This document shows, in pieces, positions 36,728 to 48,288 of a DNA stretch of 64,000 bases. The notes under the pieces were generated by a model. That model was not told where the DNA came from and did not search any database. It was given only the letters and a program-made list of their open reading frames with translations. The stretch covers positions 4,030,001 through 4,094,000 of the forward strand of contig JBHGNT010000014.1 in assembly GCA_043228905.1 (NCBI GenBank), written 5' to 3'. Position 1 is the first letter of the stretch. Every line of letters begins with the position of its first letter. Both the position numbers and the translations under genes were made by a program. Source of the stretch: Azolla caroliniana (Eukaryota > Plantae > Polypodiophyta).

Positions 36728-39663
36728 CCATTCGATTTGTTCTCTGCTTAATTGCAGATGTAACCGGGCGTGCCAAAATTCTTCTGTGTTAATCGGCTAA
36801 TTACTAACTACTACCGATACAGAAGAGTGAACGTCGCTACTCAACGTTCTAACAAGGAATTGTGTTTTACGAACGGAATTATACTATATTTATCGGTAAT
36901 TACCGTGATCGTTACTTAGTTATAAATTAGGAAGCTTGCACTTAACAACATAGACAATAGAAAGAACACAGAATCCGTACAGGATATTCCTAACTTAAAC
37001 TTATATTACTAAATAAAACGACCTTTCTTACAATGCCTTCGGTTCCCTTTTATAGGTATACCGAAGGTCTTTTCTCATCAAGAACTATTCCTACTTACTA
37101 TCAAGAATTACAAAATTATCTAACTAACTTAGTTCTCTTCGTTTACTGCTGAGTCATTGATCCGAACAGTCGATCCGAACCGACTCCGTTTTCGACGCTT
37201 TCCCACTTGTTCGGTAAAACTGACTGTCCGGGTCCGGGTAACAGTGTTAGTCCCACCAGTGCTCCCCATCACACAAAAGAAAAGAGGTCGGCAGGAGACG
37301 ACGCCGAAAAAGGTCACAAAGCACCGACAGATCCTGGAGAAACACACCCCTGGATGGACCCAACAAGAAGCAGAACAGCGGGGGGAAGGACCATCCCGAC
37401 AGCAACAGGAACCGGCAACAAAGGCAAAACCGGCAGGTAAAGGCAAAGGGAAATCAGCCGAGAAGGAACCGGTAGCGCGCAAACTAATCCATATAACGCT
37501 GCGATGGCCGGAACCGGAACCAGAGGTCTTTATACAAAAGGTCCGTCTGGTAACCGCACCGGAGGAGGAAGCTGAAACAGAAGACTCATCCGAACCATTG
37601 GTAAGACTCCCAGCAAGACAAGGTCGGGAGAGAAGGGCGAAAGGACCGGCTCCACCAGTTGACATAACTCAGCAGAGGGCGCAAGGACCACCTCCAGTAG
37701 CCGAGGCGGAAGCAGTACCGGAACTCGTACCAAGGGAAGCAGCACCAACACCGGTGGTGCCGGACTTCAGAGAACCGGTCATCCCAGAGAAGAAGAATGA
37801 ACAAGCGCCGGAGCCAGAGAAAAGGCCGGAAAAACAGCCTGAGTTAAGTGAGCAAGGCCACCCCGACACAGGAAGAAAAAAGCCACAATGGCTGAGATGG
37901 CTTTCGGAGCAGTTATCGGGAGTAGCGGACCAGTTAGAGAAAGAAGAAACGTGTAGGCAACAGCTGACGCATACAACTACTCAGGAGTTGGTCGCGCTCC
38001 AAACACAGATCGAGGAAATGCAAGGGGAGTTGTTGCAGGCAAGGGAAGGAATTCAACAAGCACAAGTTGTCACCGAGCCGGTCGGGACAACAAGGAAGCA
38101 ACCAGAACCGGAACCGGTAGCCTTGCAAACCGGCCCTGAGACCGAAAAAATAATAGAAACCTTACGAGAGGAGTTAAAAGCTCAGGAGGCATTAAGGGAA
38201 AGAGAAAGGGAGCAGCGGAAAGCGGTGGAGGACGACAGACGAAAAATGGAAGAAGGCCTTCGGAAAGGTCGAGCCGCTAATGACCGACTGCAAGAAGAAA
38301 AAGAGAAGCTGCAAAAGGAGAAGGACCGACTGCGTCGACATGCCGAGCAGGAGATAGAACGACTGCAGGAAGAACTCCGACAATAGAAGGACCGGGACGA
38401 TCGGTTAAGAGCTCAGGCAAACCGACGCCTAAAGCAGAAGACAGAGGACTTCGACCGTCTCTACCGAGATCACAAGCAGGCCGAGTCGGACAACAAGAAA
38501 CGGGCAGCAGACTACGACCGGCAAATAGAGAAGCTGAAAGAACAGCTCAAAGAGACCCGATTAGACCTGGCTAAGGCAATAGATGAGGTCAGTGCCAACA
38601 AGGAAGCATTGTCGGCGGAAATAGCCCAAGCGACGGAGAGAAGGAAGGAATTAGAGGCGCTAAGGCGGGAAAAGCTGGACCTAACCAAGATCAGGAATGA
38701 AGAAAAGGAAAAATCGACCTTCACGATCAGCAAACTGCAAATTACCTATGAAAAGCAGAAAGCGGATTACGAGGCCCAGGCTCAGATAATGGCCGACATT
38801 ATAAAACGGGCAAGGAAAGAAAAGCAAGAAGCTTATGCGCATGCTAAGGCGGGGGTTGACCGGATCAAGCTCATCATGTCAGGATGGAGTACCCGAGCTC
38901 AGGCAAGCATCAACGAAAGTACGGAAAAGCTATGGAAGGAGTGGTCACAACAGGCAACCGAGCTGCAGACACTCCGAGCGGATGCCGAGAATCGGAGGAA
39001 GACTGGTGACAAGTTCTACAAGATGGATGAAGAAAGTATCGTCGCCATTCGGGAAGAATTGTCGGAGGATTTCTACACTTTAGCGGAAGAACATCTCAAG
39101 GAAATCTGAGGGTTGGTAGAGAGGTTGGATGACGGGCAGCTCGCAACTCAGTTGGAGTTGGAGAGATACGAGCAGGACCGGTTACGACAGGAAGCTAAGG
39201 GAAGAACGACGCCAATCACTATAAGTGAGGGAGAGCGACCGGCTGAAGTTGAACCAACCGACACCGAACAACCCCGACGAGGAATACTCGAAGAAGAACT
39301 TCCGTTCGAAGGAGAAGAAGAAGAGCCGGAGCAGACCGATGCCGGAGAAGAAGAAGAGCTTAGACCGGAAGACACCAGAGCAGAGGAAGGAGGCATATCG
39401 AGCCAACCAGTCGAGACCGGAGAAAGCGACACTGGTAACAGAACAGAGCCAGGAATGGAGGGAGAACAGGAAGAACCCGGACGAAGCGGTGAGGAAGCAC
39501 CGGCACCACAGAATCAAGCAGAGCCGGAGCAGCAAATTTTTACGGAACAACCAACCCAACCGGAGGTCGGAGACCAGGCAGGCAAGGAACAGGAGGAAGA
39601 AGCACCACTTGACACCATCGAGCAGAGTGTGCTCGATATTTTGGAGGAAGAATAAGGCCGGGA

Positions 39664-39703
39664 GTGGATTCGAAGTGCAAGGCACTTTCCCACGGGCGTG
39701 CCA
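39664..39703 (+). other. tRNA-like 3' module at the PPT position of C
   Basis: GTGGA TTCG AA GTGC AAG GCAC TT T CCCAC GGGCGTG CCA, then TG, then the LTR. Confidence 0.82.
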
Positions 39704-42700
39704 TGTGTTGGCCGGTCAGAAGAGCAAGGACAAGTGGGAAGGCGGAGTCGGATCGGATAATAGGAAGTAAATAATAGTAGAATTATTATTCGGAGGGACG
39801 GATCCGGTACAGTTGTACCGATCCGGATCCGGTACAGTTGTACCGATCCGGATCCGGACCGATTCGGATGTCGGTTGCCTAAGCGCACCGATTGTAACCT
39901 TGCCGGATGCCTATAAAAGGATCCGATGATTTGTAAAGGGTTTGACGGAAGTAATACAATAGTAATTATTGCGTGTTTATCTGTATCTTCGTATTGTTTA
40001 CCGTCTGTGCTTAATTGTAATCATCTTACGCGTGTAACCTAGCATCTAATCCTTCCCACCCCTTTGGAGAAGTGTCGGATAGACACCTGTGTTGAGGCTA
40101 GTCCGGCCAGGCAGACAACAGGGCGTGGGGCGAGGATTCCGCCTGGTCTGCACTATTTTCCGCGTTTTCTGAAGATGGTGTGGGTTGAACCTCTTGTTGG
40201 TTAATGGTTTCGCTGTCTGGTCCTGTGGGGAACTCCGCTCATTCGTCTCCGCTATTCTCCCCCGTTGTCCTCCCTAGTGATCGGGCCTGAGGTTCCTCTT
40301 CTTCGACTGTGACTGGAATTGGTGTCCCGTTGGGTTCCTCGTTCATGTGCGTGTTGCCGGTTTGTGGGATCTGGTGAAATAGCTCCTCCTGACTTTCACC
40401 AAAATCTTCTAGGAGTTGTGCGAGTTCTTCGAAGTGTTGGTCTGCTAACGCGCGATAGTCTTGCGCTAGGTCCTCCCGTACGGTCGCAATGCTCTCCTCG
40501 TTTAGCTTATAAAACCCTCGGCCGTCTTTCCGCCGGTTCTCCCAGTCCGCACGATACGCGTGCAATTCCGCTGCTTGGGTTGCCCACGCCATCCATCCTT
40601 TCTCCAACGCCATTTTCAATTGCACTGTGAACCTTTCCCAGTTGGTCTGGAGAAGGATGCGCACGTTATCCATGATGGCCTGGCAACGGTTGCGTGCGTC
40701 TTCCATCGACTTCTGGAGATTCGCGATTTCCTGTTGTTTAACGGTTGCCGCTTCCTCGTACGTGGCTTTCAGGCCCACCCACAGTTGGGATTCCTTTTCA
40801 TGTTGTTCTTCTAATTTCCCCATTTCATTGTTTAGGCGGATTTCGAGTTGATGCCTTCTGTCTTGTTCGACTACCAACTGCTCATCGAACCATACCTTCT
40901 TTTTTTCTAATAAGGCCCGAAGTCCCGCTATTGCCGCCTCTGATTTCTTCGCGTCCTCTCATAAGTGGGCGTTGTCGTCTTTTGGCCGGATGTGTTGGGC
41001 TACCTCCGTAGCTAGTTTCTCTTCAAGCATTTTTACGGCCTTTCGTCCGCTAGCCCGTATCTCCTTTTCTCTGTCGGAAGATTGGCGTAGTTCTGCTCGA
41101 AGACGGTCAATTTCGGATTCCGCTAACTGCACGGCCCTTTTTGCTTTTGAGGCGATGGCGGTCTGAGCCTCGATTTCTTCTTTGAGAGCGTTGATAACGT
41201 GGTTCGGTGGCGGAGTTTCGTGTTGCGCTGTGGTTGTGTGAGCTTCCAACTCCGCGATGCGTGCGTTGGCCTTTTGTACTTCGGCTTCCGTCAGTTTCAC
41301 CTTCTTCCAGACATTCTTATTTTTTATGGCCATCTCCTTGGCGCCCGTGCTGACCTTTGCCAGTTCCCGATGGACTTCGACTAGGGTCGTGTTTAAGGGT
41401 GGTATCTCCATCCCTACTAGCCGTACCCCGGCGTTCCTCTGTCTGCCGACCCTGGCTAGCCGGTCCTCATCGTCGCTCTCCGTTGTTTGCGTTAGGGTGC
41501 GCTCTATCATCTGACGTTCCGCATGCTCCTCGGCCATTCGTTGGGCGGATTTGACCTGTTGTGTTGCTAGGAACTCCATGAGCTCGAAAGAGGTACCGAA
41601 CTGCAAGAGGGCGCTGAATTCGTGGGCCGTATCCGGAATATCCGGATATGCCAAAACCTCGCTTTCCGCCATCAATACGGCTTTCCCTCGTTGGGACTGA
41701 GTCGTAATAATCGGTTGCGGCTCCCGGATGATTTCGAAGGTGGTATTCGGCTCTGCTGTTGCAGGGCCTTCGCCTGCGGTCGGTGCCTCCGGATCCGTGG
41801 GGGCGTTTTTCACCAACCCCCGCCCATATTTTTTGTCCAATCAGCGCTGTTTTGGTCTAGGGCTTTCCCGTCGTGCTTCAGTGTCTGGTTCTGGGGCTGC
41901 TTCCATGGGGTGTCTCGGCTGTTCCTCCTGCGTCGCCCGTGTGTCCGGTTGGTCGATAGGAGGTGTTGTCCTTGGGCCTGGTTGGGCCGGTTGGGGTTCC
42001 TCCTCCCACTCTGGGGCCGCTAACTCTGCTAACCTGCGTTTCGCAGAGCGGGGTGGGGTCGTGGGTTAGCTGGGCTGTGGTGCTGGCAGGCCTCGGGGTG
42101 GAAATAGTACCGTAAGGTATTGTTGGATGATTGGCCTGAGCTTTTTGCCTGCTTGGTACGCATGCAAGCCTTCCCTTAACGTCGGCCTTGTGATGACCCC
42201 CCAATCGACTGTACGCCCTTCAAAGGTGTCGATAATGATGCATGCCTTCTGTTTAGGCATCCCGTAAGCGTTGACATGGACACAGCCGACTTCTAGTAGG
42301 AACTTGGCAACTTCACGGAAGAAGGGATCCAGAATCTGTTTTGTTCTATAGGCCTTGGCGGAGGATGAATATGGGCCAAAATACCGCTGTAGCGCCTCTA
42401 TAGGAGGTATTTCGAAATGTCTTTCGCCTAGTGAGGATAGGTCTAACTTCTTCCGAATGGAAGAGTTGGTGACCGTGTCGATGTTAAGCCGCTTGGCGAT
42501 GTCCATGGCGTCTGGGTGCGGAGGTGATTCTGCGACCCGAATGTAACCATCCAGGCGCTTCTCCACGAGCCATCGGCGTAGGGCAGTAGAGATGAAGATC
42601 GACATCGCCAGAGTAGGTTCGTGGAGAGGAGACGGGTAGCAGTGGTGAGTTGGAGCTCTGAGATATGATGGGGAAGAAGGTGAGGAGGAGTGATGGGAGC

Positions 42701-42894
42701 GTTGATAGCTAGACGATGTGTTTCTGCTTTGTGCAGAAAATCTTCTGCTTCCTTCTTTTTGTGGCTTAGGGTTCATTGGGCGGTGAGCCATCGTGGTGCC
42801 GCGTGTTCTTGAACTAGGAGTTTGTGCATGCCTTTAGTCGTTTTAATAGTTGCTATCTTCTCTCTTTTTCTTTTTCGTAACGGTTATTTACACC

Positions 42895-45800
42895 CTATTT
42901 TAACATTATAGTACAAATGGGATTGTCCCTTTTACGTTGCTGGTTCTCCGGCTTTGTCCCATTCGGCGGTGAATGGGTTAGGTGGCGTGGGCCCAGGTAA
43001 GGTTTGAGCCGAAACCCATTCACTTTTTGCCGTACTATTTCTCCAGCCAGCGTTCCTAGTTGGAACGTGCCCTGTTCCGCTTCGATTATCGAGTATGGGC
43101 CGGTCCAGCGGAAACGTAGCTTCCCCGACATCTGGCCCATGCGCGTTTGAAAAACTAGGACCGCTCAGCCCACGGCGAACTCCTTTTCCCTTGCGCTCCG
43201 ATGTCGATCGACAAACGCTTTACGCCGTCTCTATTCCTCTTCCAACACAACCATGTTGTGGACGCGTTTTTCCCCTAGTTCGAGGAGTTGGTAGAGCCGT
43301 TCCTCCTCTGACTTGGCTTTTGATAATCGGTTCCGTACCTGAATGCGCAAACTAGGTACCCGAAATTCGACCAACATCACAGCTTCTAGTCCAAACGCTA
43401 GCTGGAACAGTGTTGACTGTATGCTTGTTTTGTAATTAGTTCTGTACGCCCATAACGCACTCTGGAGTTTGGTATCCCAGTCCGTTCTATTTTCATTGAC
43501 GGTTTTCTTCAAAATGGTCTGTAAAGTTTTGTTCGTGGATTCCGCTAATCCATTCGCCTGCGGGTAGTATGGCGTGCTCTTCTTGTGGACTACTGCGTAA
43601 TGCTGTGTTAGTTCCCGAACCACCGTATTGAGAAAGTGGCTCCCCTGGTCACTGATGAGCTCAATCGGGTAGCCGAACAGGCACCAGATGTGCTCGTATA
43701 GAAATTTGGCTGTGACGGCCGCCGTATTTTCCCGTAGTGCCTTTGCTTCTACCCATTTGGTATAGTAATCCATGGCTACCAATATGTATTTGTTGCCCGT
43801 ACGGGCTGCTGTTTGTGTGAAGGGCCCTACAAAATCCAATCCCCACTTTTGGAAGGGGTCCAACGGTAATACGGGCTGGTGTGGCATCCTTGCGTCCTCC
43901 ACGGGCTGACCCATCCGTTGGCACAAATCACACTTTCTACAATACTCGGACGCGTCCATCTGCGTTGTTGGCCACCATAAGCCCGCCTGCCATACTTTGC
44001 GGGCTGTCACGTTGCCCGCGTAATGCCCGCTAGCCGTGCCGCAGTGTGCCTCCCGTAAAATTGCTTCTTTTTCATCCTGACGGACTCCACGTCGCCAAAT
44101 GCCGTCACTCCCTTTGTGATATAAATTCCCTTCGACCAGGCAGAAGTGACGGCTTCGGACGGCTAGTCGTTTCTTCTCATCTGTGCGTAATTGTGGTGGA
44201 GGTAGTCCTGTAGTTAAAAAGTACGTCATTTCCATAAGCCATCGATCCGGAAAGGTGGATTCCGTTTTTTCTGCAAATGTCACTTCTCGCCAGATGTCGG
44301 CGTCCGAAAAATCGTCGTCGTCTTTCTGTACTGTTTCTCCATTCTCAAGTCTACTCAAAAAATCCGCCACTGCGTGTTGCGTCCCTGGCCGGTGCTTAAT
44401 TACGAACTCGAATTCCTGGAGCAGCAGCATCCACCGCGCCAATTTCCCTGTCAGGGCTTGTTTCTCCACCAAATACAATAATGCCGAATGATCCATGTGG
44501 AACGTGAATTTCCGTCCTAGTAAATAATGTCGGAATTTATTGATGCTATAGATCATCCCTAGCGCCTCCCGCTCTGTTGTGGAATAGTTACACTCTGCTG
44601 CTGACAATTTCCGACTTGCGTAGTATACTAGCCTGTACCAGTTTGGTTCGGTGAGTTGCATTAGCGCGCTTCCTATTGCTATGTCCGAGGCGTCGACGAA
44701 CACGTGGAATGGCTTCGCCCAAACTGGAGGTTGTACGATGGGGGCCTGTGTGAGCATTATCTTCAGTGCCTCATAGGCCTTATCCTCCTTTGCAGTCCAT
44801 TGGAAAGGAGTCTGATGTACGGCAGCGTGTCGTGGCGTGGCGAAGTCCGCCAAATACCGTATCATCCGACTATGCCACCGTATTTGGCCCAGAAACCGGC
44901 TAAGTGATTTGGCATTTGTCGGAGTTTTAGCTTGCGTAATAGCGGAGATTTTGTTTGGGTCGACCGCTATTCCTTCCTTACTGACAATGTGGCCTAGGAG
45001 AGTCCCGTTGGTCACGCCGAAGGCACATTTCGCGGGATTCAGGCTTAAGCGTGCGGTGCGGCAACGTTCCAGGCACAGACGTAAGTGCAAGAAATGGTCT
45101 TTTGTTCGCCCATATACCGCAAAATCGTCTAGAAAGACTTGCATGAACGCCGGAATGTATTCCCCAAAGATCTCCGTAATCGTTCGTTGGAATGTTTCCG
45201 GCGCTGTCTTTAGCTCGAACATCATGACGACCGCCACATATACTCCCCAGTCCGTGACAAATGCCGTCTTCTCCTGATCCTCGGGGTGCATGCGTACTTG
45301 GTTATAGCCACTGAAGCCATCTAAGAAATTGTACATCTAATGGCCTGCGACGGCGTCTAGCACGGTATCGGTGAAGGGTAAGGGAAATGCGTCCGTAATG
45401 GTTACGGCATTTAATTTCCGGTAATCCACGCATACCCGTATTTTGCTGTTTTTCTTTGGGACAACCACTATCGGGCTAAGCCATGTTGCTTGTTTCACTG
45501 GCCGTATGAACCCCACCCTCAGCAGGTTGTCAATTTCTTCTTTCACGTGGGTCGCGTAATTGGGGTTCATGCGGTAGCGGCGCTGCTGGACAGGTTTCAT
45601 GTCTGTTGCTAAATTGATCTTATGCTGATAGAACTTGGGATCTAACCCCTTCATGTCCTCGTGAGCCCACGCGAACACATCTTTATAGTCCGTGAGTAGT
45701 GCGATCATTGTGGTTCTCTGGTCCGGCCTCAATTCCTTTGCTATGGAGAGGAACCGGGGTTCCGATCCCGTACCCACATTCACTTCGTCGAGAGCGGAAG

Positions 45801-48288
45801 CAGTGACTCATCGTGAAATCTCCATTTCCCTTTCGAAGGCCGCCTGTGCTTTGCTGAGTTCCAATATGGACTCTGGGTTTGGTTCGTACGGCTCTCCGTT
45901 CGGAACAATGGTCGTAGTATATTCTGTCGTAGTTGCGATGACATCTATCTCAAACAGCGGAATAATCCGAGGATGTTCGTCAAGGTACGCTTACAATTCG
46001 GCATCCTCCACCCCAGCCAGCATATTGATGTCTTCCGCATACAACGGTGTTATCCCCTTAGGTTGTGGCGTGTTGCCTTCCGTAGGTACACGAACCTTGG
46101 TGCGTCCATGCCAGAAATTGATACACTCATGTTGCCAGCTCTGCTTGATATTTGCTGTCCGAAGCCATGGTCTGCCCAGAAGCACTAGGTACGCTCCTGG
46201 GGCGTCCAAAGCGAGGACGACCGTCGATATGTCGAAGCGGTGTCCACCCACGATGATGCCTATTTTGAGAATTAGCCCCAACGGTCGCACTGATCGGGTA
46301 TCTGCCATGCGAAGCCAAAATGGACACGCCTCCCATTCGGAAATGCCCAACTGCTCGCAAGTTTTCACGCTAATCACATTGACGCCTGAGCCGCCGTCGA
46401 TTACACATCCAGGAACTTCTTGTCCGTGCAATATTACTGTAATGGCCGGGTTGTGCTGATCCACCACTAGTGGTCCCTCGCTGACGTCTGTTAGGTTTGT
46501 GGCAACGCTCGCCCCGGTCATGCCCGCCACCTGTGCTTCCATGGTCTGGCGGAAACGTGGAGCTAGCTGTAGCAGTTTTTCCATAGTTAGCGTGATTTCA
46601 CAACCCGCTAACACCTGCCAAATGGGGTCCGGCCCCGGTTTTTCGTTCTCTGTTCGCTTCATTGTGTTCGCGGACTCCTACCTCATACGTTCCGTATTGG
46701 TCGTGTTTGCTTTTTCCACCCAGGCTTGGGCTTGTCGTCGTACCTCGTCCTACGCAACCCAATCCGCCGTTTTCGTTTGTTGGCGTGTTGTGACTTGTTG
46801 CACCTCCACCGTAATCGTGTTGACGGCGGGCCCATTTCCCTTGCGTGCTAGGCATTGCGTGGCATAGTGTCCGGGTTGCTGACAAATAAAACAATGGATG
46901 CTTGATTGTCCCTTCTCAGCCCCAGGTGGAGTATGCCGTTCTCCGGGCGCTACTTGCTCTTCACGGTCCGGCCTCGTTTGTCGGGACGTACGTGGTGGCT
47001 GTTGTTGGTCCTGTCGTTGTTCCTGGTGCTGCTCATCCCCCGAGCTTTCGTCGTAACGCCGGTGATCCCTATATTGTCGAGGCTTACCCCGATAGCCATT
47101 GAAGCCGCCCCGTTTGTTTGTCGGGCGTTGATGTTCGTATCGCCGACCCCCTTTGGTGTAACTCGGATGTCCACAATAATCCTCGTCCTCCGGGTCCTCC
47201 TCCTCAGACTCGTTGTGATTCCGGCGATTCCGGTTGTACCTGTCCTCCCGCGGGTTGCGATCCTTATACCGGGGTCGGTCTTCTTGCCTCCTTTGTTCTG
47301 CCCGGTGCAGTTGCCACTGTGTGTCCATGCTGCGGACCGCGGGAGTGGCTCTGTTTAACATATTGTACTCGCATTGGTCGACTGTGTGAACCTTCGAGTG
47401 GCAGATTGGGCAGTGGATTCACATATTGCACTCCACCACGGAATGCCCCGAGTTCAAGCAAATCGTGCACTGGATTGCTTGACGAAATTGGCGTTCCTCA
47501 TCCTGAGGTAACGCTTGTCGTAAGGATGACATCGAAAACCTCTCCTCCTCGTCATCCAACTCGAGCTATAACGCTCGTTCAATCACCATATCGGCTGTTT
47601 CCCCTTTCACACTATTTCTGTTGAGCGTTGCCCGGATGGGCCGGCGTAACACTGCCAGAAATGTCTCCTGAGCCTCCTCCTCTGCAGGGCTTCGATCTAG
47701 TTTCCATCGTAAATTTTGGAAACGTAAGCTGAAGTCTGCTATCATCTCGGTCGGTAGTTGCTTAATTGTATAAAATTGCCCGAGAATCTCGCGTTGTGGA
47801 ACCCTCCGGTGGAAGAATCGCAAGAAGGCGGACTGCAGCTGATCGAAGGTTGTTATGGTTGGTAAATCCATCTGTGAATGCCAGAACGCCACACGCCCAT
47901 CTAATGTTAATCCGAACTCCGTCATTTTCGACTGTTGTGCCACCGTCTCGGAAAGGTTCTGTGCCATGTGGTTCGCATTCCAAATGTTCAAGAACATGCG
48001 AATATGAGTTGCGGCGTCGATTTCGCCGTTAAAGCGGGGGTAAGCAAAGGCCATCGTGGGAGCTACGGCGGATCAGAAAAGGTCACCGGGTGGCTGCGGT
48101 AAGCGTGGTCCCCTCGCCTGGTCGAGGTATTTGGGGAGCAAGGAATCCCCTTTGCACTCCTGGCAGGTATTACTAAGGTCGCCGATGCGCGGCTTTTGCC
48201 GGGCACGTTCTCCTGCCTGGCGTGTGACGGACCTTGTTATTGGCCGGTCTTGTCTTGTTGGTTCTCTGGGTCGTCTGCGGCTAAACAT
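42895..48288 (-). pseudogene. gag-pol of B, with multiple stops and frameshifts
   Basis: Colinear fragments of Gag, VIDGGSGVN, QVFLDDF, RNase H, IN and RLKPY. Confidence 0.9.

Larger units (their letters stand above)
22553..37243 (-). mobile_element. Gypsy D, Athila-like, young, AT-rich; hosts F
   Basis: LTRs 22553-23001 and 36787-37243 (2 substitutions plus an 8-bp indel); TSD GTGTT; PBS TGGCACGCCCGGT at 36775-36763. Confidence 0.96.
22059..39655 (+). pseudogene. ORF3 of C (22059-22552 joined to 37249-39655), split by D
   Basis: MVLSEEARQW...QVDW...QWLTV/LVPP in frame across D; stops at 22370, 38386, 39109; ends EQSVLDILEEE*. Confidence 0.85.
15434..40120 (+). mobile_element. Gypsy C, Athila-like; hosts D and F
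   Basis: LTRs 15434-15823 and 39706-40120 (about 5 substitutions plus a 25-bp duplication); TSD GGGCG; PBS TGGTGACCAC at 15830. Confidence 0.95.
15154..42605 (-). pseudogene. ORF3 of B (42605-40121 joined to 15428-15154), split by C
   Basis: MSIFISTALRRWL...VDWG; coiled coil; WATQAAELHAYRADWENRR; frame continues across the C insertion to TEPNIRAILEED*. Confidence 0.8.

Noticed and set aside
39664-39703. Chance insertion of a tRNA pseudogene, or an element inverted relative to its ORFs
   Set aside because: The module has the same position and 2-nt spacing in three divergent elements, and TATA-like boxes and a sense PBS agree with the gag-pol direction.
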